From an uncultured Actinomycetes bacterium (GTDB lineage: Bacteria; Actinomycetota; Acidimicrobiia; Spongiisociales; DATADW01), in assembly GCA_963824995.1 (NCBI GenBank), contig CAWGRK010000003.1, positions 62,001 to 125,606 on the forward strand: a stretch of DNA of 63,606 bases, written 5' to 3'. This document shows, in pieces, positions 19,057-28,557 of the stretch. The notes under the pieces are model-generated. The model saw only the letters and a list, made by a program, of their open reading frames with translations, made no database searches and had not been told where the DNA came from. The translations under genes and the position numbers were made by a program. Within the stretch, counting starts at the first letter, position 1, and every line of letters begins with the position of its first letter.

Positions 19057-20442
19057 ATGGGAGAGACCATGCCGAGTGACCGCAAGGCGATCTGGGGTGA
19101 CGAACCAAAGCCGCTCATGCCTTACAGCCCGGCGATCAAGGCCGGTGGCTGGGTGTTCTTCGCCGGCCAGCTGGCGTCGGATTTCAAGACCGGGCTGGCA
19201 CCGGAAGCCGGAGGTGACGGACGCAATCCGAACGTGGATAACCGGTTGGAGCTCCAGTCGCGGTTCGTCCTGGAGAATCTGAAGAAGACCGCCGACGCCG
19301 CCGGCATCGACATCGGCAAGGACCTCGTCCGTATCTATCAGTGGTTCACCTCTCCTTACCCCACAATGGACGAGTTCGCCTCGGGAAACACGTGGCCCCG
19401 TATCTCGATCACGCCGTATCTCGATACGCGCAACGAGTTCATCTCCGAGCCACGTCCGGCGTCTACGGGGATGGGGATCCGTGAGACGGGTCTGTTGGTG
19501 AAGGACACCATCCTCGAAGTCGACATGATCGGGATGGACCCAGAGGTCATTCCCGGACCGAGCGAGGGAACGGCGGTGCCCGAGGGTACGCCCTCGCCTC
19601 TGGCCGGTTACTCACCCGCCATCCAGCGCGGCGATTGGGTGTTCCTGGCTGGTGAGATCCCGGTCGACTGGGTGGGTGACTGGGGCCGTGCCGAGTACTA
19701 CGGGACTCCGAGCGGGGTCGCCCTGAAGGCCAGGAGCAACCCCAACTTCTGGTATGACTCGGACGTCGAGCGTCAGACCGACTACGTCCTGGAGAAGCAG
19801 GCGGCCATCGCCGAGGCCGCCGGCACCTCGCTCGACCGGGCAGTCAAGGCGACGGTATACATCGGGCACCCATCCGAGTTTGAGGCGATGGACAGGGTGT
19901 GGCGTCGCTGGTTTCCGGAGAACCCGCCGGCGCGGGTGGTGATCCCCTATATGGGTCTCGGTGGCAGGGGTTCGCGCGTCGAGATCGCCTTCAAGCTGCT
20001 GTCGGGGACCTCCGACCTCTCGATCGAGAGCATCGAGGCCGAGGGCGTGCCTCCTGGTCTCGGTCACGAGCCCCAAGCCGTCAAGGCCGGGAACTTCCTC
20101 TTCTTCTCGACCGTGGCGCCCTTCGATCACAGCGGATCACTCGAGGAGTCGACGCGGCGGCATCCGAGCTTCCCGTCCTACGGTCAGCCACCGAAACTCG
20201 AGATGCGATACATGCTCGACAAGGCAGCCAAGATCTGCGACGCGGCGGGCACGTCCCTCGATCAGATCTGCCGCCGGCAGGCTTTCCACGACGATTTCAC
20301 ACACTTCGCCCAATCGATCGAGGAGTGGGCAGCCCACTTCGACGGTGACAAGCCTGCGTCCACCACTCTCGAGATCGGCGGACCGCTGCTGGTGCCGGGC
20401 TCCCATGTTCTCCTCGACCTCATCGCCTACTGCCCTGATTGA
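19057..20442 (+). CDS. Triple-domain RidA/YjgF family protein
   Basis: Three repeats: YSPAIKAGGWVFFAGQ, YSPAIQRGDWVFLAGE and PQAVKAGNFLFFST, each followed by a PAS/PAR segment. Confidence 0.85.
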   Translation: MGETMPSDRKAIWGDEPKPLMPYSPAIKAGGWVFFAGQLASDFKTGLAPEAGGDGRNPNVDNRLELQSRFVLENLKKTADAAGIDIGKDLVRIYQWFTSPYPTMDEFASGNTWPRISITPYLDTRNEFISEPRPASTGMGIRETGLLVKDTILEVDMIGMDPEVIPGPSEGTAVPEGTPSPLAGYSPAIQRGDWVFLAGEIPVDWVGDWGRAEYYGTPSGVALKARSNPNFWYDSDVERQTDYVLEKQAAIAEAAGTSLDRAVKATVYIGHPSEFEAMDRVWRRWFPENPPARVVIPYMGLGGRGSRVEIAFKLLSGTSDLSIESIEAEGVPPGLGHEPQAVKAGNFLFFSTVAPFDHSGSLEESTRRHPSFPSYGQPPKLEMRYMLDKAAKICDAAGTSLDQICRRQAFHDDFTHFAQSIEEWAAHFDGDKPASTTLEIGGPLLVPGSHVLLDLIAYCPD

Positions 20443-20540
20443 TCGCAGTCGACTCCCAGACCTCCCCTCGCACTGGTCCTGGTGGTGCTCCCTAGCCCTG
20501 GGCCATCCGCGATCCTCGACGCGGCGGCGGATGACACCAC

Positions 20541-21737
20541 GTGCCCGGTGACTCGCGCTACTGGCCCAACGGTGCCTTCGACCAGGTCAACGGGTTCCCT
20601 CGCTACCCAATCGACGAGATGGAGCGCAGGCATCGATGGGCCGCGGACATGCTGACCGAACATGAGATCGACCTCCTGCTCGTAGGGGGCCCAACCGGCC
20701 CGTTGGAGACAGCTATTCAGTACTTCAGCAACTGGCCGAGCCAGGTACAGAGCTACTTGCTGTTCTTCTCCGAGGAGGCCCCCGTACTCCTGGTCCGGTT
20801 GTGGAATCACCTGCCAGATGCTCACCGGATCGCCATGATCGACGATGTTCGCTATGGAGGGGATACGCCCGCCGAGCTCGGCGAGAAGGTGGCCGCCATC
20901 GCCTTCGAGCACGGTGCCCGCCGTATCGGAATGATTGGGGTGGTCCCTCACGCCGACATCACCGCACTCCGAGAATCCAATCCGGCCGCCACGCTCGTGG
21001 ACCTGAACGGCGCCTATCAGGGTTTCCGGTTGGTAAAGACCCCTGCGGAGATGGTCTTTGTGGATATCGCCTCGAGAATGAACGATGCGGCGGTCGAGGC
21101 GCTGGCGACAGAACTTCGTCCAGGTGTCAACGAGTACCAGGTGCCCCGGATCATCGAGGACGTCTACAACGCGCATCGTGGATGGAACCTCATCCACTTC
21201 TCATTGAGCACACCGATGGACTCACCAGAGGTCTGCGTCCCCCACCAGTACCATCCCGACCGTGTGCTGCAACGCGGTGACGTCTTCGTGACCGAGATCA
21301 GCACCACATTCTGGGGTTATGCCGGCCAGATCCTCCGCACGTTTACAATCGCCGCCGACCCCACCCCGCAGTACCTGCGCCTGCACGACGTGGCGATCGA
21401 GGCGTATACCCGGATCGTCGAGGTCTTGCGTCCCGGTGTGACGATCGGCCAGGTACTCGACGCCGCCGAGGTGATCACCGATTCCGGGTTCGACATCTGG
21501 GACGACCTGGTCCACGGCTTTGGGGGCGCATATCTTCCCCCGATCGTCCGAACCCGAGCCAACCGGGGTGCCACCCACCCCGACGAATTCGAGTACCCGG
21601 ACGGGACTCTCCTCGTCGTACAACCCAATGTCATCGATGGCTCGGCCGGGGTCCAGACGGGCAATAGCCTCCAAATCACACGCAACGGAGCAGAATGCAC
21701 CCAGCGGCAGCCGACAGAGATGATCCGGTGCGCATGA
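20541..21737 (+). CDS. M24 (creatinase/aminopeptidase P fold) hydrolase with degenerate metal ligands
   Basis: Creatinase_N-like start (EMERR), R.VKTPAE, GYAGQILRT, HGFG, VVQPN. Confidence 0.82.
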   Translation: MPGDSRYWPNGAFDQVNGFPRYPIDEMERRHRWAADMLTEHEIDLLLVGGPTGPLETAIQYFSNWPSQVQSYLLFFSEEAPVLLVRLWNHLPDAHRIAMIDDVRYGGDTPAELGEKVAAIAFEHGARRIGMIGVVPHADITALRESNPAATLVDLNGAYQGFRLVKTPAEMVFVDIASRMNDAAVEALATELRPGVNEYQVPRIIEDVYNAHRGWNLIHFSLSTPMDSPEVCVPHQYHPDRVLQRGDVFVTEISTTFWGYAGQILRTFTIAADPTPQYLRLHDVAIEAYTRIVEVLRPGVTIGQVLDAAEVITDSGFDIWDDLVHGFGGAYLPPIVRTRANRGATHPDEFEYPDGTLLVVQPNVIDGSAGVQTGNSLQITRNGAECTQRQPTEMIRCA

Positions 21738-21747
21738 GGCGACCCGA

Positions 21748-23289
21748 TTGACCGACCTCATCGCGATCGAGATGCGAAAGATCACCAAGGCCTTTGGTGA
21801 CACCGTGGCCAATGACTCGATCGACTTCTCGGTGCGCGAGGGCGAGATTCATGTCCTGCTCGGGGAGAACGGGGCGGGCAAGACCACGCTGATGAACATT
21901 CTCTTCGGTCACATTCGACCCGATGACGGCGTGATCCTCATCGACGGTGACGAAGTCGAAGTCTCCGCCCCCAACGAAGCCATTTCCCACGGAATTGGCA
22001 TGGTTCATCAGCACTTCAGCCTTGTGCCATCGTTCACCGTCGCCGAGAACGTCATGCTTGGGGTAGCCAGCGCCACCAATCCATCCTTCGACGAGGACTC
22101 AATCGAGCAGGCGGTGGCAAAGCGCGCCGCGGAGCTGCACATGCCCATCGATCCGGGCGCCACTGTCGCCGTCCTCCCCATCGACCTCCAGCAGCGGGTG
22201 GAGATCATCAAAGCGATGTATCGAGGTGCCAAGACCCTGATACTCGACGAGCCCACCTCGCTGCTCGGGCCGACGCAGATCGAGAATCTGCTTGGAATCC
22301 TCGTACAACTGCGCGATCAGGGACACTCGATCATCCTCGTCACCCACAAGCTCGCCGAGGTGATGGAGGTCGCCGACCGGGTAACGGTGCTTCGGCGGGG
22401 GAAGCTCGTCACATCGCTGACTAGTGGCGGATTCGACGAACGGACGCTGGCCCGGGCAATGACCGGGCACGACCGAGAGCGGCTCCCGGAGCGCAGCGAG
22501 ACGATCGGGGGCTCGGTACTCGACATAACCGACCTGGTGGTGCCAGCCACACATGGCGACGGGCTCGCAGTCGACGGGCTCTCACTGACCGTTCGGTCGG
22601 GTGAGATTCTCGGCATCGCCGGTGTCGAGGGCAATGGACAGCGCGAGCTGGTCGACGCGTTGATGGGCCTCATCACACCGCAGTCCGGAACCGTGCTGAT
22701 AGATGGAAACGACGTCACCAATGCCGACCCACATGACCGGCGGACCGCGGGAATGGGCGTGATCCCCGAGGACCGGCATCGGCTCGGCCTGATCCTCGAC
22801 ATGACCTTGGCCGAGAACCTGGCCGTCACGGAACTCGCTTCCGGCGGCTATCGGCGACGCGGTGTGATCGACTGGAAACGGGTACATGAGAACGCCAAGC
22901 GGCTGCTGACCGAGTACGACGTGCGGCCGGCCGACCCCGACGCAAAGGCGGCCAACCTCTCCGGCGGCAACCAGCAGAAGGTTGTCCTCGCAAGAGAGAT
23001 GGCCCGAGAGCCACGAGTCCTGGTCGCAGATAACCCGACCTGGGGCCTCGACGTCGGGGCCATCGACTACGTCCATCTCAAGCTGCTGGAGATGCGTGAC
23101 CGGGGCGGAGCGGTCCTGCTCATCACGCTCGATCTCGAGGAGTTGTACAAATTGTCGGACCGGATCCTGGTCGTCTACCGGGGCAAGAAGATGTTGGAGG
23201 GGCAAAGGATCCAGATCGACGACGACGACCTCGCCCTGGCGATGGTCGGCCGGTCCACGGGTCAGGAGGTTGTGAATGGGCTCCCTTGA
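21748..23289 (+). CDS. ABC transporter ATP-binding protein (CUT2, two NBDs)
   Basis: GENGAGKT, ILDEPT, LSGGNQQK. Confidence 0.95.
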   Translation: MTDLIAIEMRKITKAFGDTVANDSIDFSVREGEIHVLLGENGAGKTTLMNILFGHIRPDDGVILIDGDEVEVSAPNEAISHGIGMVHQHFSLVPSFTVAENVMLGVASATNPSFDEDSIEQAVAKRAAELHMPIDPGATVAVLPIDLQQRVEIIKAMYRGAKTLILDEPTSLLGPTQIENLLGILVQLRDQGHSIILVTHKLAEVMEVADRVTVLRRGKLVTSLTSGGFDERTLARAMTGHDRERLPERSETIGGSVLDITDLVVPATHGDGLAVDGLSLTVRSGEILGIAGVEGNGQRELVDALMGLITPQSGTVLIDGNDVTNADPHDRRTAGMGVIPEDRHRLGLILDMTLAENLAVTELASGGYRRRGVIDWKRVHENAKRLLTEYDVRPADPDAKAANLSGGNQQKVVLAREMAREPRVLVADNPTWGLDVGAIDYVHLKLLEMRDRGGAVLLITLDLEELYKLSDRILVVYRGKKMLEGQRIQIDDDDLALAMVGRSTGQEVVNGLP

Positions 23290-24028
23290 GGGACGCAAGG
23301 CCGTCGTCGCCGGCGGCGGCAAGGGCATAGGTCGCGCAATAGCACTCGCCTTTGCCGCCGAAGGCGCCGATGTGGCGGTGGTCGGCCGGAGCAAGGAGTC
23401 GCTCGTAGAGGTAGCCGATGCGATTCGGGGCGCAGGACGCAGGGCGGTCGCCGCCCCCCAGGACCTCACCCGGGTTGGTGAGATCCCAGCCCTGTTCGAC
23501 CGCGTCGATGCCGAGCTCGGCGGCATCGACATCCTCGTCAACTCGGCGGGAGTGCAGATCACAGGCCCATCGCTGGACGTCACCGAGGAGCAGTGGGACG
23601 AGACCCTCGATGCCAACCTCAAGTCGATGTTCTTCGCATGCCAGGCAGCCGGGCGACGGTTCATCGATCAGGGGCACGGAAAGATCGTCAATCTGGCCTC
23701 GACCTTCAGCTTTGTGGGATTCCCGCAATTCGCCGCCTATTGCTCGTCGAAGGGGGGAGTTGCGCTCCTCACCAAGTCTCTCGCTGCCGAGTGGGCGGGA
23801 TCGGGAGTCAACGTCAATGCTGTCGCCCCGACCGCAGTCCGCACCGAGATGAATGCCTACCTTCTCGACGACCCGGGCTTTCTCACGGCCTTCCTTCCCA
23901 AGGTCCCAGCCGGACGCGTCGGTGACCCCACGGACGTGGCGGGTGCCGCCGTATTCCTCGCGGGATCAGGATCCGACTTTGTCCATGGACATTTGCTCTT
24001 GGTCGACGGTGGGTACACATCCGTCTGA
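23276..24028 (+). CDS. Short-chain dehydrogenase/reductase
   Basis: GGGKGIG, NSAG, YCSSK, VDGG. Confidence 0.93.
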   Translation: MGSLEGRKAVVAGGGKGIGRAIALAFAAEGADVAVVGRSKESLVEVADAIRGAGRRAVAAPQDLTRVGEIPALFDRVDAELGGIDILVNSAGVQITGPSLDVTEEQWDETLDANLKSMFFACQAAGRRFIDQGHGKIVNLASTFSFVGFPQFAAYCSSKGGVALLTKSLAAEWAGSGVNVNAVAPTAVRTEMNAYLLDDPGFLTAFLPKVPAGRVGDPTDVAGAAVFLAGSGSDFVHGHLLLVDGGYTSV

Positions 24029-24180
24029 GCCCACCCTCGGATGCGGGCCGACGGCTATCCACGCTCGATTCCGCACCCAAGCGCCTGTCGCCTTTGAATC
24101 AATACATCGCTGCTTCCGATCCAGACTCATTGGTCGATCGGCACCGGCTGTCGGCAGCCCCCATATAGTCCCGGGGCTGG

Positions 24181-26829
24181 TCAGGCCTCGGTGGACGATG
24201 ACCGCGCAGTCAACTCCCGCATCAGGGTGAGCGTCTCTTCGATGGGCATCGCCGCCCCTTCGTCTTGAAGCCGTTGGGCTCGATCTCCCATCTCGGCTGC
24301 TATCGCATCCAAGGGCGCCCTCTCGTGGCTGCGGAAGTCGACGATGTTGGCGCCGCTCGAATCGCGCAGCGTGCTGGTTGCGCCGTCGAGGCGCATGGCG
24401 GCGTCCAGATCTCCCAACGCGATAGCAAGAGCGGCGTGGTCCGAAATGAGCACTGTGAGCGCCGACACGTCGTTGACCGGGGCGAAGACCTCCACGGCCT
24501 GAGCCAGATGTTCGGCCCCATCCTTGGTGCGCCCCAACTCGATCAGAACTCTCCCCACCATCCGCAGCGCCCAACCCAACTGGAAGACATCTCCTGTCGC
24601 CCGGGACAGCTCGGCGCTCTGCTCGAAGTAGGGCACAGTCTCGACCAGGTCGGCGGGATCGCCACGGACCCAGATCACCGTACCCAAGGCCAAGAGGACA
24701 CGCGCGACCCCGGCGTCGTCGCCGAGCCGCTCGTATAGATCGCGGGCTTCGGCGAGCATCGGTCGGCTCCTAGCGATCCCCTTCAGGCCCGATTCTGCGC
24801 TGTAGGCCACCGGGAACGCCGCGTTGTAGAGGGCATTGGCGACCTCCGACTCGTCGCCGATCTCCCGCCACAGCCGAAGCGCTTCCAGGTAGGGAGGCTC
24901 GGCCTCCGCCGGACTCGAGCTCGCCCAGTAGGCGACGCCTCCCGCCCCCTCGTAGGCCCTCGCCCTGGCAATGAGATCGGTGGCGGGTACGGCGAGAACC
25001 GCTTTTGTGAGTCGCCTCGCCTCGGCGAGATGCCCTCGTATCTGGAAGAAACGCCAGAGGGCGCCGAGCAGCCGGTCGGAGATCTCAGCCTCACCCCGCT
25101 GCACCGCCCAGTTGATCGCCGCCCGCATGTTGTCCTGATCGAGGTCGAGCCTGGCGAGCCAGGTCGTCCACTCGGATCGGGTCAGTTCGGGAGCGGCCCG
25201 CTCCGCCAGTGCGAGGTAGGCGATGGCATGTCGCCGGCCGACCTCACCGGCCTCATGCGATTCGTCCAGCTCGTCACGGGCGAACTGTTTGATGGTCTCG
25301 AGCATCCAAAACCGGGAGACACCTTCGACGTCGCGCTGTTTGACCAGTGACTGATCGACGACCTGCTCCAGCGCCGTGAGCACATCGTCTTCGAGACCCG
25401 GCCCGCATACCTCCTCGACCTGTTCGAAATGGGCGCCACCGTTGAAAACCGATAGACGGCGGAGTAGCCGCTGGGCAGACGGTTCGAGAAGGGCGTAGCT
25501 CCAGGCGATCGTGTCGGCGAGCGTCTGCTGGCGAGCAGGGAGATCTCGCGACCCCCCGGCCAGAACACCGAGGCTCGAGTCGAGTCGCTCGAGCAGGGTC
25601 GCCGGTGGGAATAATCTGACCCGGGCGGCAGCCAGCTCGATTGCCAGGGGAAGCCCGTCGAGACGCGTCACCAATGCCGCCACTGCCGCCGTGTTGTCCG
25701 CGTTGATGTCGAAATCTGGGCGAGCGGCACGCGCTCGCTCAACGAAGAGACGAACGGCTTCGACATCCGAGATCGCGGTCGGATCGTCTGCATCAGGGAC
25801 CTGAAGTGGCGGAACCTGCACCTCGTGCTCGGCCCGGATGCGGAGCGGAGCCCTCGACGTGGCCAAGATTCCCAAACGTGGCGCTGCCTCCAGGAGCGCC
25901 GCTACCTTTTCGGCCGCACCGAGAAGATGCTCGAAGTTGTCGAGAACCAGCAGGACCCGACGTCCTTCGAGGTACTCCTCCAACTGCTGCAAGGGGTCGG
26001 TGGCACCTCGGGAGGCGACCCCGAGTGGGGCGAGAATGGCGTCGGCTACGAGTTCGGAATCGGTCACCGAGTCGAGCGGCACGAAGAACACCCCGTCGGG
26101 GAAAGTGGCCGCCATCTGATGGGCGACGGCGATGGCGAGGCGCGACTTTCCGGTCCCCCCTGGGCCGGTGAGCGTGACCATCCGGGCGTCATCGAGAAGC
26201 GCTGATACCTGTTCGATCTCCTCTTCCCGCCCGACCAGGGTCGAGCGTGGTATGGGGACTCGGATGGTGACCTCGAGGGTCCGCAGCGGAGCGAACTCCG
26301 TCGAAAACCCGTCGATCAGCACCTGACTGAGACGCTCCGGATCGTTCAGGTCTCTCAGCCGGTATCTGCCCAACCTTCGGAGATGGACGCCGTCGGGCAG
26401 GTGGTTCTCGACCAAAGTCGAAGTCGCCTCGGCGAGGAGGATCTGACCCCCGTGGCCGGCCGCTGCAATCCGCGCTGCGCGATGGACGTCGAGTCCTACG
26501 TAGTTGTCTCCGCCGAGCACACCATCGCCGGTGTGGAGCCCGATGCGGACACTGACGCGACCCTCCTCCGGCCAGCCATGCGTCGCCATCGACCTGACCA
26601 CACCGACCGCCGCCCGCAATGCCGCCTCAGGGTCGACGAACACGCAGAAGAAAGAATCGCCTTCTGTGGAGACCTCGATCCCACCCTCGGCGGCAACCGC
26701 CTGTCGGATGAGAGCCGCATGCTCGCCGAGCACGGCAGGCCAATCGGGACCGAGATTCGCCGCCAGGCGGGTCGAGCCTTCGATATCGCTGATGAGAAAG
26801 GTGACAGTCCCGGTTGGAAGCTCCACCAC
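24181..26829 (-). CDS. Adenylate/guanylate cyclase - NB-ARC/STAND ATPase - TPR protein
   Basis: [46 protein letters not shown]. Confidence 0.9.
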   Translation of the reverse strand: MVELPTGTVTFLISDIEGSTRLAANLGPDWPAVLGEHAALIRQAVAAEGGIEVSTEGDSFFCVFVDPEAALRAAVGVVRSMATHGWPEEGRVSVRIGLHTGDGVLGGDNYVGLDVHRAARIAAAGHGGQILLAEATSTLVENHLPDGVHLRRLGRYRLRDLNDPERLSQVLIDGFSTEFAPLRTLEVTIRVPIPRSTLVGREEEIEQVSALLDDARMVTLTGPGGTGKSRLAIAVAHQMAATFPDGVFFVPLDSVTDSELVADAILAPLGVASRGATDPLQQLEEYLEGRRVLLVLDNFEHLLGAAEKVAALLEAAPRLGILATSRAPLRIRAEHEVQVPPLQVPDADDPTAISDVEAVRLFVERARAARPDFDINADNTAAVAALVTRLDGLPLAIELAAARVRLFPPATLLERLDSSLGVLAGGSRDLPARQQTLADTIAWSYALLEPSAQRLLRRLSVFNGGAHFEQVEEVCGPGLEDDVLTALEQVVDQSLVKQRDVEGVSRFWMLETIKQFARDELDESHEAGEVGRRHAIAYLALAERAAPELTRSEWTTWLARLDLDQDNMRAAINWAVQRGEAEISDRLLGALWRFFQIRGHLAEARRLTKAVLAVPATDLIARARAYEGAGGVAYWASSSPAEAEPPYLEALRLWREIGDESEVANALYNAAFPVAYSAESGLKGIARSRPMLAEARDLYERLGDDAGVARVLLALGTVIWVRGDPADLVETVPYFEQSAELSRATGDVFQLGWALRMVGRVLIELGRTKDGAEHLAQAVEVFAPVNDVSALTVLISDHAALAIALGDLDAAMRLDGATSTLRDSSGANIVDFRSHERAPLDAIAAEMGDRAQRLQDEGAAMPIEETLTLMRELTARSSSTEA

Positions 26830-26932
26830 GCCTCCGATCGGGGGATCACGCTACAGAGCCGGTCCGCCCAACCGGTATCGGTTGGCACATGGAGTCGCTT
26901 TGCGTCGTGCCATCGATCTCTAGCGTGGTCTC

Positions 26933-28549
26933 GTGGAGAAATCCGCGGTAAGTCGTGCCGGCGTCCTATCGGCGGTCGTTGTCGGCTCGGCGATGGTGTT
27001 CCTAGACGGGACGGTGGTCAACGTCGCCCTCCCCACGATTGGGCAAGAGCTGCCCTCCACCCTGTTCGGGACTCTCGAGGCACAGTCGTACGTCTACAAC
27101 GTCTATCTGCTCTCGCTCTCCTCCCTGCTCATCCTCGCCGGTGCGGTCGGCGACCACTACGGCCGGCGCCGCATGTTCGCCATCGGGTTGATCGGGTTCA
27201 CCCTCACATCGGTCCTCTGCGGGATCGCCCCGACCATGGAGCTCCTCATCCTGGCCCGGTTCCTCCAAGGCGCTGCCGGTGCGCTCCTGGTTCCCGGGTC
27301 GCTCTCCATCATCACCGCCACCTTTCCCGATGGTGAGCCACGGGGCAGGGCACTGGGGATATGGGCCGGGGCGACGACGCTGGTGACCCTGGCCGGACCT
27401 TTGGTGGGCGGCTTCCTGGTCGACACCATCTCGTGGCGGGCGGCGTTCTTGATCAACGTCCCCCTTGGTGCGGTTGCGTTGTGGGCCACGCTCAGATTCG
27501 TCCCCGAATCGCGCGACGACTCGGCGACGGCCCGGCTCGACTGGTTTGGGGCAGCTGTGGTTGCCGTCGCCATCGGTGGTTTGGCTTTAGGTGCCATAAG
27601 GGGCCAGGAGAGTCAGTGGCAAGACACCGCGGCGTGGGTTGCTCTCGGACTCGGTCTGGCGGCGGCGATCGCCTTTCCCTTCCTCATGAAGCGCTCGACT
27701 CACCCCCTCGTCCCGCCCGAACTCTTCCGGAACTCGAACTTCACCATCACCAACATCTCGACTCTCCTCGTGTACGGGGGGATATATGTCGTGGGCTACG
27801 TGATGGCCCTTTTCCTCCAGGGCACTGTTGGGTACACCGCCCTGGCTGCCGGTCTGGCCGGGATCCCCGGGTTCCTGCTGCTCGGGCTGTTCTCCGAGCG
27901 CTTCGGCGTTTTCGCCGGGCGATACGGCCCTCGCCGCTTCATGGTGATGGGCCCGGCAGTGATGGCATTGGGCATCCTCTGGATGGGGCGATTCCCCCTG
28001 AACAGCCAAGCGTGGAGGATGGTCGCCGGTGACCCCTCTAGCTGGCTGCCTCCCACCAGCTACCTGACCGATGTACTCCCATCGATGCTGATCTACGGGT
28101 TCGGGTTGACAATGCTGGTGGCGCCGCTGACCACCGCGCTCATGGGGTCGGTCCCGGTGGAGCGCGCCGGGCTGGCTTCGGCAATCAACAACGCCGTGTC
28201 CCGGGTGGGACCACAACTGGCCGGAGCCGCCATTTTCATCGCCATCACGGCGGTCTTCTACACCCAGATGGCGGTTGCGGTTCCCGCCATGGATGTCGAC
28301 AACCCAGAGGTGAGGGAACAGGTAGCGCCGCTCAACCCGCCGGACGACGATGTGTCGCCCGAGGTGGCGGCGGCCTCGAGCGGCGCTTCCACCGATTCGT
28401 TCCGGGTGGCGATGTGGATATCGGCCGCGCTCATGGCCGGCGGTGCACTGGTCAACCTGCGGATATCGGATGCACCGCAGAACGCAGGTGGTTCTGCTGC
28501 TCCCGGCCAGCCCGCGGCACCGCTGCCGGCCTCTGACCCCAACTCCTGA
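26933..28549 (+). CDS. MFS efflux transporter, DHA2/EmrB-QacA family
   Basis: LDGTVVNVALP, GDHYGRRR, SWRAAFLINVP; many TM segments. Confidence 0.9.
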   Translation: MEKSAVSRAGVLSAVVVGSAMVFLDGTVVNVALPTIGQELPSTLFGTLEAQSYVYNVYLLSLSSLLILAGAVGDHYGRRRMFAIGLIGFTLTSVLCGIAPTMELLILARFLQGAAGALLVPGSLSIITATFPDGEPRGRALGIWAGATTLVTLAGPLVGGFLVDTISWRAAFLINVPLGAVALWATLRFVPESRDDSATARLDWFGAAVVAVAIGGLALGAIRGQESQWQDTAAWVALGLGLAAAIAFPFLMKRSTHPLVPPELFRNSNFTITNISTLLVYGGIYVVGYVMALFLQGTVGYTALAAGLAGIPGFLLLGLFSERFGVFAGRYGPRRFMVMGPAVMALGILWMGRFPLNSQAWRMVAGDPSSWLPPTSYLTDVLPSMLIYGFGLTMLVAPLTTALMGSVPVERAGLASAINNAVSRVGPQLAGAAIFIAITAVFYTQMAVAVPAMDVDNPEVREQVAPLNPPDDDVSPEVAAASSGASTDSFRVAMWISAALMAGGALVNLRISDAPQNAGGSAAPGQPAAPLPASDPNS

Positions 28550-28557
28550 GTGGCCGA

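Noticed and set aside
4710..24180. Intact integrative element at tRNA-Thr
   Set aside because: No integrase or transposase, and no duplicated tRNA 3' end found by eye.
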